NCBI GenBank assembly: GCA_964016885.1
Contig: OZ024740.1
Location: 376,898,001-376,962,000 of the forward strand
Length of the DNA stretch: 64,000 bases
Source: Eledone cirrhosa
Lineage: Eukaryota
Direction: 5' to 3'
Part shown: one piece after another, positions 40,914 through 54,478 of the stretch
Layout: every line of letters starts with the position of its first letter
How positions within the stretch are numbered: position 1 is the stretch's first letter
The notes under the pieces: generated by a model
Seen by the model: the letters and a program-made list of their open reading frames with translations, nothing else
Databases searched by the model: none
What the model was told of the DNA's origin: nothing
Made by a program: the position numbers and the translations under genes

Positions 40914-41856
40914 ACTATTGCTATTGTTATTGTTAGTTGTGTTGTTTCTATTTCTATGTCCACCAACAGCCTCATGGTTGTTTCTATGTCTCTCATTATT
41001 ACTCCTGTCTCTTTCTTCTGGCTGATTGTTATTATCTACTCTATTTTGTGTGTCTGTGTGTTCGTTCTGGTTATTTTTTCTGTCAGTATCGATAGTTCCC
41101 TTCTCCTTTCAACCCATTACCTTCCCTTACATGTGTTACTGTCATTACCTGTTTTCTGTGTATGTGTATTTGTTAAGATTGTGGTGGTGGTGAGACGCAT
41201 AGAATGTGTGTGTGTTGTTGTTGTTGTTGTTGTCTCCGTGTATGTTATCGTTGTTGTGTGTGTTGTTATTGTTGTTTGTGTCTGTGTGTCTGTTGTTGTT
41301 TCTGCGTATGTTATTATTGTTGATGTGTGTGTTGTTGTTGTTATCGTTGTTTGTTTCTGTGTGTCTGTTGTTGTTGGGATGTGTGTTGTATGTGTGTGGG
41401 TGGGTGTGTGTGTGTATGTTGTTACTTTTGTTTTTGTTTTTGAGGCTTCAACGTAATTTTGTAAATGATTTTTCTATTTCTGACAAGCATTTTATCATAT
41501 TTACCTATATGTGGCATATTTAGGTGGTAGCTGTAATATCGATAATTCATCAGAGTCGACTGTAGTGTTGCCATATATATTTGTGTTGTTGTTGTTGAAT
41601 TCATCTGTTAATGAGATGTCGGCCATGTTTATACCATCAATGCTGTCTGGATATTTATCTCTATTCTCTGAAGTTTCTTGGTTTAGTTTCATCTGGTTGA
41701 GCCACCTTAATTTCTTGTTAAAGTGTTTGTCACATTCTTGAACAATGTACTTTTCTTCGAGACATATGAGGTTTATATATATTAATTTTCCTCTTGTTGT
41801 GGTGATCTTAGATATTTCTTGTATTAGAGAAAATATATGCTATTTTCTAAAATATA

Positions 41857-41976
41857 CAGTGACTGATCGGCCTGATTTGCATATTAGCAGAGTGGTTGAT
41901 CAGTCAGATCTGCATATTAGCAGATCCTCTGATCAGCCAGATTTGCATATCAGCAGACTGGCCAGTCAGTTTCCTG
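41857..41976. repeat. Three 33-bp tandem repeats within TA-flanked CAG...CTG ends (MITE-like)
   Basis: Units start at 41863, 41896 and 41929 (ytgatcrgyc.gatytgcatatyagcaga); termini tata-cag / ctg-tata. Confidence 0.7.
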
Positions 41977-42534
41977 TATACGAGCGATATATTGCCGGCT
42001 TTGCTACATTCAAATTAGAGAAAAAAAACAAGTTTCGCTTTACATGGCTGAATACAATAAATGTAATCTGAGTGTTTCGAGTTAAAAATAATTTAAAGTT
42101 ATATTAATGTTATATTAATATATGTGTGCTTCAGATGTGTTCTTTTGAATAATTTTCGAATAGGCTTCGTAGCCGGTAAACCCAACCCTAAAGAGATGAA
42201 ACTCTAGCCAGGATGCCGGAAGATAATAAATAGCGTTTTAGAGCCCAGAGTGTTTAATAACCCATATGGTGTCTACTTCCTTTAACCCTGGATGTGGATT
42301 TCTGTAAAATCCTTTCTTAATTTCGAAAATATTTGACTTTTTTGCTAAAATCGATCGAAACTATTTAGGTCGTGACTTTCTGTAAAATTCTTAATTTCGA
42401 AAATCCATTACAATTGTGTGTGTGTCTATGTATACATTTATATGTATGAGTATATACATATAGATACACATATACTCACACAAAACACACGCACACACAC
42501 ATCGCTGCGAGAAGGAGTGTGTCGAGAAGTTGTA

Positions 42535-42710
42535 TTTTTTCCGTTGTAGCGAGGAATTTAGGCTGTTTGGGGTTCAATTTTCGTTCGCTGTACTGAAATA
42601 TTCGTTGTAATGAATTTCGTTATAACGAGATTCTTTTACCATTCTTTTAATAAGCTTGTGGCCAGGGATTGGAAAAAATTTGTTATACTGAAAATTCCGT
42701 TATAATGCTG
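42535..42710. mobile_element. Possible pogo/Tigger-derived MITE remnant
   Basis: Recurrent subterminal-type motif (t/c)cgtt(a/g)ta(a/g)(c/t)ga; no clear TIRs. Confidence 0.35.
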
Positions 42711-44189
42711 CTTTGCTTATGTATCTCTCACATTTCCTTTTAAAACTTCTTTTCGTTTTTGTCTGTATTTTACCTGATAATTGGGACACTTATTCCCCAA
42801 ATCTAAACTTCGTTTCCCGAGGTGCTTTGTGAAAAATGTTTGCCATGTTTATTGGTGTGATTAATTAATTAATCTGCAAATTTTTATTGATGCTTACAAT
42901 TACATTTTGATAAATCGAAACGGTCGTGGAAATGAATAAATTGATTTGAACTATATAATCTTTGGTTTTTCCCAAAAATTTTATTTTTCTATAAGTGTTT
43001 AATGCCTTGAGCTTTTACGTACTTGGTAACGAATGTGCGTTATACCCACGCCTATTGATCTCAGAGTTAAAAAGGTCGCAATGTTGGAATAAACTTTAAA
43101 AGAATCAATATAACGTGTTTTTGTTAATTTCGCAATATTACAGGGGTTAAATGAAGAGCATTCTATATTTAATATAAGAGAAATCACTGTCAATTGAACA
43201 CATCTGTAAGAAATGTTACACGTATTATTAGTAGGAGAATAGAAATTTAGAACATTATTTGTCACAGAAATATATATTATACGAGATTGTTTACTGAATC
43301 AATAGAAGGAAGAAAGTTGACGGCGAGGGATTTCAATGCATTGTTGTTACTATGAGGTGTTCTATGTTCACATTTAATGGCTTTAGTCAGAGCTCGTAAA
43401 TTTAGGGCCTTTACTAAGCAGATTCAAAAGATTAATTAGATTGATTTCAGAGTTTAAACAAATGTATTAATAATATCAAATTTTACTGTAAGCTTTCTCA
43501 TATATACACAGATTTTTCATAGTTTGTTCGTACCGTATTACCCGTGATCTAGCCAGCTAGAATTACAAAACACAAAATACAACTTTGAATTATCGAAAAT
43601 GAAATATGTATAGCACTGTACTTTACAAGATCATCCTTAATCTATGTAGGTGGTAGCACGTGCATGTTTAGTAAATCCGGCGTGACATTAAGCAGCAAAT
43701 ATATGTAAGGACAATTACAACTCAGTATAAAACTCTAATCATTGCACACATGGGTACGTAGATAAAGCCGAGAATATTTCTCAGCTGAAGTCATAAGTAG
43801 CGGGAAATAGAGCTCTATCGTAAAATATGACAGCTATATATAGTCATTTAACATATCCGTAAATTAAATTAGCCCCAAATTTAGCCTAATGGAACTGTTG
43901 TAGCACCACCATTATATGGTTTAATAGAATCGATGATAAATCTAATCTAGCCATATTCAGATCAATATTGATTAGATTTACCAGGGAGTATCTGAAGATT
44001 TACACGCTCTGGAATTTAGTAAGACGTACACTACTATAATTGAGACCGATATTGACTATAGTTTAAGCCGTCGTCAACGACGAATCTTACCCTCTGGGAT
44101 GCCTAGCGTCAACATATATACGCTGGCTAAGAAGTTCTATCCATGACCCACAGGGTTTGTTGTAAATAGGAAAGGTCAAATGATGATTA

Positions 44190-44290
44190 GTGAGTAATGA
44201 AGATGTTGGTGTTGGTGACGCATGTGGGAAAGCACATCATGCTTTTGGGGGGTTGCGAAAAGGCGTGTGCGATCCGTATTGTTAAATTAG
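44190..44290 (+). mobile_element. Possible RTE-clade RT remnant
   Basis: GKAHHAFGGLRKGV resembles the RTE motif KA..AFG.LRKRVW. Confidence 0.35.
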
Positions 44291-46959
44291 GTTTCCATCG
44301 ATATAGGATCCATCCGACACTGGCCTTGCTAATGTCATTCGTCACCTGAACGTCGATCTTGGTCTTCTGAAAACCTCACGACTGAGGTAGCAAACCTTGA
44401 CAACAGCATTGAGTGTTTTGTTTTTTTGTTGATGCCGATCATGGGACTGGTTGGAAATATTTGAGGGTGAGATTAATGGAATATTTGTGTCTTCTTTATA
44501 TTGATCATTGAGTTCGTGTCTGTCTGTGTGTGTTTGCGATTTTGTGTCTGTGTGTGAATGCGTGTGTATGGCTGTATGTGTGCATGGATACGTGTATGGA
44601 TGGGTGTATATGTGTGTATATGCGTGTATATGCGTGGTACTTGTATAAAATATTTGAAACATCAATTTGACTCGCTTTTATAGTCTTCTCGCTTCTTTTA
44701 CACAAACACACGTTAATCATCTTTTCATTGTTTTATTATAAGGATATATATATGTTTGGGGATGTATGTGTTTGTCTGGAAAATTCTTATACTCTCAGTC
44801 CTGAATGTGAGTCGGTCACACAATCAAAACAACCATCCTGTCAAATTAATAGGTTCGTTTATTCTGTTCTTAAATTCACAAGTTTAGCGAATAACAGTAT
44901 ATTTCATATATTCATATATACACGAGTGACTATGCGTGTATTTATGTGACTGAGGTAGAAAGTGAGGCGGTAGTTGTGTGCGCATGTGTGTGTTTATGTG
45001 AATGTGTATGTGTATGTTAGTGTGTGTTTGTTTGTTGTTGTGTGTAATGCACTTATGTCAGACTAAGCAGTATTATGCCGAGTGGACAAAAGACCTGATG
45101 TCTGTGATCGTTTTATTATTTTCGTTTTATTTGCTTGCCACAGAATTTTGCGTGAAATTGTATAAACAAAGATAAACACGAAACAAATATGTCTATAACA
45201 ATAAGTATTATGTTTTTGTTTCAATGTTTATTTTTTAGTTGTTTCTGTGTTAATTCATTTTTTGTAATTTCAATCACGAACTAAAATTCTTTTGTACACT
45301 TTAGTTTATTCTATAAGAATCCTTTTGTTGTCTTTATTTAGAGTGCAAAGAGAGTTAATGTGTTCGGAAGAATTTTAGAAAAATTGTTAAGGAAGACATC
45401 TAAACTATATTACTTCAGCTGAATATAAAGATATACAAAACCAAAATGGCCGACGAATTGAAATTTACAATTATCTGTTAATTTGGAAAGAGTTCAAGTT
45501 TGTGGAAACCTTTTTCTTGTATTTCTAAACGAAACCACTTAACTGTTGCCCTTTGATAATATATACTAGGTCTTCTTGGAACATTCTTGGAACATTATTC
45601 AGTCAGAAGAATAGAATCAAAACCATTTCATCTGTCAAGCGAAAATAAAATGAAACAACAAAACTAAATACGAAGACATAAATACCAGCTGGAACTTTGT
45701 GGACAAGATCCCAACACTTGTATGTTCAAATTTGCAACTGTGTATGAAATCATTACTAAAAAACATGACACATATAGAGCCATACATTTTAAAACTTACA
45801 ATGTTGTATGTACCTTGTAGTTTGGGTTTTCTATTGTTCAATAGAAGTAAAATACCTAAAGCAAAATTTGAGTAAAATTATGTAACCGTGTTGAATATAT
45901 TCACTAGAAGGTGCTCCCAAATCTATTCACTTTAATATAGTTGAAACAGAAAACTAACTACATAAATGTAATGAGATTTTGCCCTTAAAAAACTGTATTG
46001 AGGAAGGAACATTTTTAAAAGAATCTAAACAATTCCGTAGCACATTTTATTTACTCTCATACTTTTGGAAATTCCAGTCAGAATGACAAGTCACTCTAGG
46101 TAGATATTTTTTTCTATATCATCCCATTTACACTGTTTTGTTTTGTTTTCTATTGTTGTTGTTGTTTTGTTTTTATTGTTGTTGTCGTTTGGGGGTTGGT
46201 GGGGAGGGGGGTTCTTTACTGCATTCACTTCTGAAAATACACGGTTACAATTCAGATAGCGTGAAATAGGAGATATATATGTCAACGTAAAAAGCACTTA
46301 CTCTTGATAGGTACATTTGTATATTTGTAAATGATATCATGCGAAAGCGAAGTTAAAGTTTGTAAGCAACAGAAGCATTTCATAATATATAATTAACGGG
46401 TGATGTGTTTACTTTTACTATCTCTGGGTCGGTGTAGGCAACTATAGCGTAGATATAATACAGGATCCTAAAATGTGTTTGATAACCACAAATTTCTTCT
46501 CTGTGTTATATATTTGGCAATGTAATGCAATTGAATTATCTTAGTAGATTACTAGTACATACACAATCAGGCAACAAGCATTCTCTTCTGTCGATGCTGT
46601 TTTCACTAATCTGATCATTGACACATCAACTTGCAAACTACTACATCTGATTCTGTAGATAAAGGATTTACAGAATTTTGAATCAGGATTAACCTGTGTA
46701 AGTGTTCCTGTCCCAATTCAGGCTTCTATGCCCATCGTGTGTTTTATTGTATACAATTTGTATAGCTAAGCCGAAAAACAATTGACTTCATTTTGCTTTG
46801 AAATGTTTCGACATTTCTATGGTTTTCTTCAAATTTTGGATTGGTTCATATTCCTGTTTTTCCAGAACTATTGATAATAACCTATCTACGGAGAAATGAT
46901 CGAATTAAATTAAGTTTATTTATTTCAGGGATTATAGAACAGTATTATTAAGTCTATTC

Positions 46960-47145
46960 GGTGAATTGGCAGTATCGGTAGGGGGTCGGACACCATGCTT
47001 TGACGCATAGAGTTGCGGCCCTTGCCATTCTGAGTTCAAATCCCGCCGAGGTTAACTTTGCCTTTCATCCTTACGGGGTCGATAAAATAAAGTACCAGTA
47101 ATGTACTGGGTAATTGCTGGCCTTGTGCCAATAGTAAAAACAATT
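46960..47145 (+). mobile_element. SINE
   Basis: SINE consensus; TSD attattaagtcta. Confidence 0.92.
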
Positions 47146-48183
47146 ATTAAGTCTAATTAAAAAAGATTTGCTTTAAAGAATAGTTTCCATTTGCTATTTC
47201 GACGTCATACACGTATGCCTGCAAGGCTACCATTCCTAAAAACAAACATATTTGTACCTGAAGCATTACTTTCTACAATTGTGATATATATTTCATTTCA
47301 CTTGAATAATGAACACAGTCGATTGTATATATGCTTCATTGTCTTAATGGATGAAAAGCAAAGGCAACTTTGAGATGTTAACACCACATCAAATATCGCA
47401 ATAAAGTGTACTTAAGTTAGGAAAATAATGTACTAACTCATCTCCTCTTTATAATTGAATGTAATAGGTAATAAATAGCAGAAGATAAACTGCGTAACCT
47501 TTGCTCTATTTTCAACGGATAAAAAGAAAATGTCTTCTATCTCAACGTACTTTCATCTGTAATAACTTTGAAAAATAAATAAAACACTTTCGGAATAAAC
47601 GGTTTAAATATTAATGTACACTTGTGATATTACCAAAATACAGAAAACGTACCCCTAAGTCAGTGAACTGTTATTATATCTAACGCACGAAGTAAACCAC
47701 CTTATTCTAATATTCTTCAGCTTTTCTGTTAGTCTTTAATCTGCTTTGGGATATTGCAAATATTCAAATAAATTATGTTATAAATAAAAATCAATTCAGA
47801 GATTAACTTAGACATTCTCGGAGCTAACATTCCCTGCTGAACTATTTTTATCAAATAAATTGTTTAATGAAACCTAAAAATATGTTCAATCCCCAAATTA
47901 ATAGTGTATAGTTGATTTCATGTTAAATTTTCGTTATTAAATTGTTTCCTTCTCTAATTGATTCATTAAATTATTTTATATTTGAGTATGCATTTTTTAT
48001 TCCCCACAATACTATATTCCCTTAATAATTTATTTATTTTTGAGATGTTATTTAAATATAGTTTTAATCAACAGTCACACGCTATTAAATTGAATTTTAT
48101 TAATGTGTACAATATAAATATGTATGTATGTAATGTATGCATATATATATATATATATACAACCTGTGTATGAATGTGTAGTG

Positions 48184-48300
<117 letters not shown>

Positions 48301-48589
48301 GTGTGTCTGTGTGCAGCAACTTTTAGTAAATGGTTTATGTCTACAACTTATATAGATAAACAGAGTAACATATAATCAATAATTTAATAAAGAAAATAAT
48401 GTTATTAAAATGTGTAAAAGACTTAACTACAATTTGAAGACATCACGCTATTTTCGATCAGACAAGAAAGTCAAGTAACTAATTAGAAGTCAATATTTCT
48501 CAATACAGTAGTTTGATTCGAATGTCCAGGGAGGGAAAATGGTAAGTAGTCTAAGATTACATCATTCTAAAAACTATTAACTAATTTGT

Positions 48590-49070
48590 CTAAGGTTAGT
48601 TTTGCCTTTTTTCCTTACGGGAGTTGATTTAATCGATTTCCCCTTCTGCCTAAAGTAGAAACAATTATTATTGCTGGATTGGCAATATCAGTAGAGGGTC
48701 GTACTCCATGCTTTGCAGCAAAGAGTTACGACCCGTTATGGTCTGAGTTCAAATCCCGCCGAGATTAACTTTGCCTTTCATCCTTACGGGGTCGATAAAA
48801 TAAAGCAACAGTAACGTACTGGGGTCCATATAATCCTTTAAAATTACTGGCCTTGTGCCTATATAAGAAACCATTATTATTATTATTATTATTATTATAT
48901 TGGTAGAGGGTCGGACGCCATGCTTTGACGCATAGAGTTACGCCCCTTGCCATTCTGAGTTCAAATTCCGCCGAGGTTAACTTTGCCTTTCATCCTTACG
49001 GAGTCGATAAAATTAAGTACCAGTAATACACTAGGTAATTACTGGCCTTGTGCCAAAAGTAGAAACAATT
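48590..49070 (+). mobile_element. Cluster of SINEs (partial 48590-48666, 48676-48871, 48902-49070) with (ATT)n tails
   Basis: SINE consensus three times, followed by a compound trinucleotide repeat to ~49290. Confidence 0.85.
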
Positions 49071-49084
49071 ATTATTATTATTAT

Positions 49085-49138
<54 letters not shown>

Positions 49139-49349
49139 CAGCAGCACCATCACCACCACCAACACCAACACCACCACCGCCGCCATCGCCTACGCCGCCA
49201 CCAGCAGCAGCAGCAGCACCAGCAGCAGCAGCAACAGAACTACTAGAAGAAGAAGAAGAGGAGGAGGAGGAGGAGGGGGAGGAGGAGGACATTGTTTATC
49301 TCTCTAGCAACATTAAATAGCGTATTCTGTCTTCTTTATTGAGTATTAT

Positions 49350-49750
49350 AATTGTTTCTACTTTTGGCACAAGGCCAGCAATTTTCCAGTGTATTACTGA
49401 TACTTTATTAATCGACCCCGTATGAATGTTCCATTTGCCTATCTGTTGAGGAATTCCGTTATTTTAAATTTGTTGTTATTTTGTTTTCTACTTTCTTTGT
49501 ACAAGTGTTATATTATATATAAATCCTCACTGTGCATTTATATTTCAGTCCTACTGTCCAATAATTGTTTCTACTTTAGGCACAAGGCCAGCAATTACCC
49601 AGTGCATTACTGGTACTTTGTTTTATCGACCCCGTAAGGATGAAAGGCAAAGTCAACCTCGGAGGGATTTGAACTCAGATCGTAAAGGGACGTAACTATG
49701 CTGGAAAGCATGGCGTCCGACCCTCTACTGATACTGCCAATCCACGCCCC
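49350..49750 (-). mobile_element. SINEs (partial 49350-49421, full 49563-49750)
   Basis: SINE consensus; TSD cctactgtccaataat for the full copy. Confidence 0.88.
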
Positions 49751-50311
49751 TACTGTCCAATAATGAAAGAATTCTAATTTGTATTAGATTTGTTGAAGTA
49801 TTATAAAAATATCTCTAATAAACCAGATTTAGATATTGTCTTAACCCTTCATCTATTGCCTTAGCTCTAACATTACACTTCTAATCTGAGATAAATACGC
49901 ATTCATGAATATAGGACATAGATGCTGTTATATTTATTTAACTCGCTATGTCGAGGTATTGACGAGACGGATATTGAGACAATGTGGGGAAATATTTCAA
50001 TATTAGTTCTTCATATTATTAACTACAGATGCTGGTAGTTTCACTAATGTCTCTTCTTGGACGATTGAACAATAAACATTAACCACAAATACATTCACTT
50101 CTCACACGCTGACAAAGACTCATAAAACGGAATCAAATAAGGAACCTTCATTATTATATAAAAAATTAATGTATATATTACCGATTACTGCCGTAATTGA
50201 TCACACACACACAGATAAACACACACACACACACACATACATACATATATGTATATATATATGTATATATATATACATGCGTACATACATACGTACATAC
50301 ACACATACATA

Positions 50312-51030
50312 AAATGCAATTCGTAGAAAAGATAGCCACGATAGTAAACATTAACAGTTACAGTAATGTGGAAGACACATACATACATATATGAAAAAGT
50401 ACTGGTGGTATGTTCCAGTCAAAACCCTAATAAAATGCAGGCATAACAGACCAGATATTATGATATGGGTCATGGAAAAGAAGGCATGTACAGTAGAGGA
50501 AGTTAGCTGCCCAGCAGATGCCAACATAATATTAAAGATTAGGGAAAAGGAGAATATCAATGCAGAGCTAATGAGAAATCTGCAGATACTCCACCCTGAC
50601 TATACCTTCAGATTTATACCTGTGATTATTGGGGCACTGGGATATGTTAGTAACTGCCTCAGTACAAATCTTGAGAAACTATTCTTCACAAAAGTAGAAA
50701 GAACACAACTAGTTACGAAATTACAAGTATAATCCATTAATGAAACAGTAAAAATAGGTAAAACATTCCAAAAGTTCTGCATCTAATAACTGCATATACA
50801 CATGTACAGATACAAAGCATATGCACATGCACACAAATAACTCAAAACCTCCACATCCACACATACAATAACATCCATACCTGCACACACATGCATGCAT
50901 GCAGACATGCAGACATATCTACCTAGTTGATGTTGTTTAAATTCCAATGAACAAACATTGTATCTATGCTAGAAACCGACTCTCTCTCTCTCTATTGGTA
51001 AAAATTTGTGAAATTATAAAACCAGAAGAA
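50312..51030 (+). mobile_element. R4/Dong-type non-LTR 3' fragment (restriction-like endonuclease plus 3' UTR)
   Basis: YWWYVPVKT..HNRPDIMIW..EVSCPAD.N..EK..FIPVIIGALG; (CATA)n on both sides. Confidence 0.8.
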
Positions 51031-51045
51031 CATACATACATACAT

Positions 51046-51128
<83 letters not shown>

Positions 51129-51585
51129 AATAGTGTATAGTATTCTTAATTTGACAAATGGGACAAAAACTAGCCTCGGAATTTCAAGACCGAAACTCCC
51201 TTTATGGGGATAGTCTCACTTGATTGAATGTTATTCACACTGGCCCTCTCCAAAATCCGAGTGTATTTTGACCTCTACATGTTGGTATCAAGAGCAGCAC
51301 ATAATTCATTTCGCCTTCCCTATATATATTTCACAATAATCTGGTTTAGACATCTTGGTAAGTGAATGTGCTTCGCTGCGGATATCTGATATACTAAATT
51401 TACTTGAGGATAAGTTGCACTCTCACTGCATCGTTTTTCATCCCGCAGGGTGTCCGAAATTACCATCCTCACCAAGCAGGATTGGTGTGGTTGCCGGTTT
51501 ATTTGCCGACGATCCGACTATGCATAAGTTTTACTGGGTTACATGATACCAGTAGCACTGAAGAGCGACCTAACACATACATACA

Positions 51586-51864
51586 TGATGATGATGGCTG
51601 CCCCCTCGTTATCGAGTATGGCCATTGCACGATATACCATTATTAATAATTATTAATTAATTCTATCGTGCAATACCTGTGCGTGAAGATATTTTTTAAA
51701 GTGAGGAATGACTGTGCACTGAGCCAATCCCCCTCTCTCAGCGACAGTAGCTATAACCCGAAAAGAAGAAAAGATCAACATCATCGGTAACTACTGAGTC
51801 GCAGGTTTTATATCGGAGTTATCCCAGTTTCCTGAGTTGCCTTCTCCTAGAAGAATGCCCTGGC
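51586..51864 (-). mobile_element. Probable RTE-dependent non-autonomous (bipartite) element
   Basis: Minus strand has ctaggagaaggcaactc (RTE 5' UTR-like) and ends in (CAT)n. Confidence 0.4.
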
Positions 51865-51967
51865 ATACATATATACACACATACATACACACATACGCAC
51901 ATACATACATACATACATACATACATACATACATACATACATACATACATACATACATACATACATA

Positions 51968-52915
51968 CATAGGAATGAAGTTTGGCCAAGATAAATATTC
52001 ATATATGATTGTAAAGCAGGGAAAAACTACTACCCAATCTAACAACATTTGTATCCGATATCTGATGAGGACTGATACAGATACCTGGGGATAGATGAGT
52101 ATATATCCGATAATGGTATTTGTAATAAGGAACGCGTAACGAGGGAATATTACACCCGATTAAGCAATATATGGTCATCGGAACTCTCTCCGCACAATAA
52201 AACAGTGGTTCACGATGTTTGCTGTGCCTGTCCTGACACCAACGTTTGGAATACTCGATTGGACGATAGACGAAATTCGAGCAATTGATGTTAAAACTCG
52301 AAAGATTCTAAACAACACTGGAAACCTCCACATCCACAGTGACATAGGCCGCCTCTACTTGATACGTAAGCAAGAAGGCAGACAGCATTTGAGTGTCGCA
52401 TCATATCCCTCCGACAATAATTGCGAACCTTGAAGCTTAGGAGCCCATCTATTGAGCAGGTTTGTCTGCATGAGACAGATAAGATCATGAGAGTTGGGAG
52501 GAGCTCCTTGAAAGATACTCCCTGCATGATAATCAAAAACTCACACCAGGGAAATTGTCCAGTAGTACCGCAGTGAATCCATGAATGACAAACTGCATAC
52601 TTATCAACAAAAAATCATTCATGGATATGTAGCCAGAAGCTCTAGAGTGAGAGTAATATAGATAAGCAAAGTAGTAGGGATGCAGGCAAAACACCTGCAG
52701 AATTAACCTCGAAGATGTCACCCATGTCATAAGCAGCTGTCCAAAGATGTTATCATGGTACTATCTACTATGAGGCATGATGTAGTGGCCAAAACACTAC
52801 GATGCAATCCGTAGAAAAGATAGCCACGCCAATAAACACAATAAAAGCTACAGCAATCTGGAAGACATACATATACATAATATGAAAGAGTACTGGTGGA
52901 ATATTCCAGTCAAAC
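51968..52915 (+). mobile_element. R4/Dong-type RT C-terminal fragment, decayed
   Basis: IGMKFGQDK, RYLGIDE, FAVPVLTPTFGILDWT..IDVKTRKIL..RLYL.RK; 52802-52912 is homologous to 50314-50422. Confidence 0.78.
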
Positions 52916-52919
52916 TCGC

Positions 52920-53481
52920 TATCTTCAATTCCGTATTTGGTGCCATCTCTTACCTATGGTCATGAACCTTGGGTAATGATCGAAAGAATATGATCATAAA
53001 TGCAGGCGGCCGAAATGGGGTTTCTTCGAAAGGTCTTTGGAGTAACATTATTCGATAGAGTGTGTAGCTCGGATATCAGAGAGTCGGTCCAGGTAGAGCC
53101 GATACTTTGCCCGAATTGAGGGATCACAGTTCTGGTACTATAGGCATGTGGTTAAAATGGCTCAGGAAAGAATCTCTGGACAATACCAGCCGGCAGGAGA
53201 CCCAGGTGTAGACCCCGAGCAAGATGGTTGAATAACATCCATGAGCTTGGCTGATCTTGTTAGGAATCCAACCGGATCAATTAGAGACGGTTGCCTCTGA
53301 CACGTCCTGCTATAAGGCGTACTTGAGGACTCTGCGCCCACGACCTTAGAAGAAGAAGAAGAAGAAGAAGAAGAAGAAGAAGAAGAAGAAGAAGAAGAAG
53401 AAGAAGAAGAAGAAGAAGAAGAAGAAGAAGAAGAAGAAGAAGAAGAAGAAGAAGAAGAAGAAGAAGAAGAAGAAGAAGAAG
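52920..53481 (+). mobile_element. RTE-clade non-LTR 3' end with (GAA)n tail
   Basis: LTYGHEPWVM..QAAEMGFLRKV.GVTLFDRV.SSDIRE..GRRPR.RPRARW, then (GAA)n 53349-53481. Confidence 0.8.
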
Positions 53482-54156
53482 ACAATTCATGAAAAGCCTA
53501 TGTTATTCTAAAAGGTTATCGATATGCTTCACTGATTATTAATACTTCACATTACGCCCCTAAACTAGATTTTAAGAAAGCTAGATCTCTACAAAAATAC
53601 AGAAGCCTTCTCACATATCTAGGACTTTAATTTATTTACTTTAAGACCTTGATGCGTTCAGTTATCATCATATAATTAAAGGTCAAGCTCACTCATCTCT
53701 TCATTCAATATTTGATTTTAACTAATAAAAACGTTGTGATTGTCTTGACAGCTTTTTTGCCAGAATTAGTCATTTAGATAACGATGTTGGTCATCACTAA
53801 GCATGTCATTTTAATCAAGCAACATATCTTGGCTTACTATATCAATTATGTAAGTACTTACCTTAATAGTAGTTTTGTAAATTTCTTTTTAAATCATAAA
53901 CATATCTTTTTCAAATAACAACACTACTTATATTTAAATACGGAAAATGAAAGGAAGGGCAAGGGCTCTGGGGTCACAGAAGAATGGGGGGAGAAAGAGG
54001 AGGGTAATGGGCTCTAGCAGTGGTGTTGGGGCTGCACCCCACGGGTGTGACCGCGCTGTTAAAATCTGTGACGATTGCAATAACTGGCAATGTCTCAATT
54101 ATAAATGAGAAGATTATATAACTAACTTTAGTGAAGAGCCGTGTTTTCTTTATTTC

Positions 54157-54478
54157 CCGCCTAGGTTAACTTTGCCTTTCATCCTTACGGGGTCGATAAA
54201 ATAAAGTACCAGTAATGCACTGGGATAATTGCTGGCCTTGTGCCAAAAGTAGAAACAATTATTTTCTTTATTTCCGGTGGATTGGCAGTGTCAGTAGAGG
54301 GCGGTGGATTGGCATTGTCGGACGCCATGCTTTGACGTATAGAGTTATGGCCCTTGCCATTCTGAGTTCAAATCCAGCCGAGGTTAACTTTGCCTTTCAT
54401 CCTTACGGAGTCGATAAAATAAAGTACCAGTAATGTACTGGATAATTACTGGCCTTGTGCCAAAAGTAGAAACAATTA
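54157..54478 (+). mobile_element. Two tandem SINEs
   Basis: Partial plus full copy; ttttctttatttcc at all three junctions. Confidence 0.88.

Larger units (their letters stand above)
38040..41765 (-). mobile_element. Penelope-like retroelement of a second clade, decayed ORF (~41760-38304)
   Basis: LQLPPKYA, PTDKSGR, YGLRKDHK, SMDVVSLY, EGAATG, YSRYVDE, LPVLD, KIVERPG, C..C..C..C linker, VVY..C..C..YIGETARS..R..EH..E..LN; HHR-like motif at 38134-38176. Confidence 0.92.

Noticed and set aside
46659-46697. Plus-strand 39-nt microexon candidate (IKDLQNFESGLTC)
   Set aside because: Isolated, with a weak pyrimidine tract and no recognisable protein.
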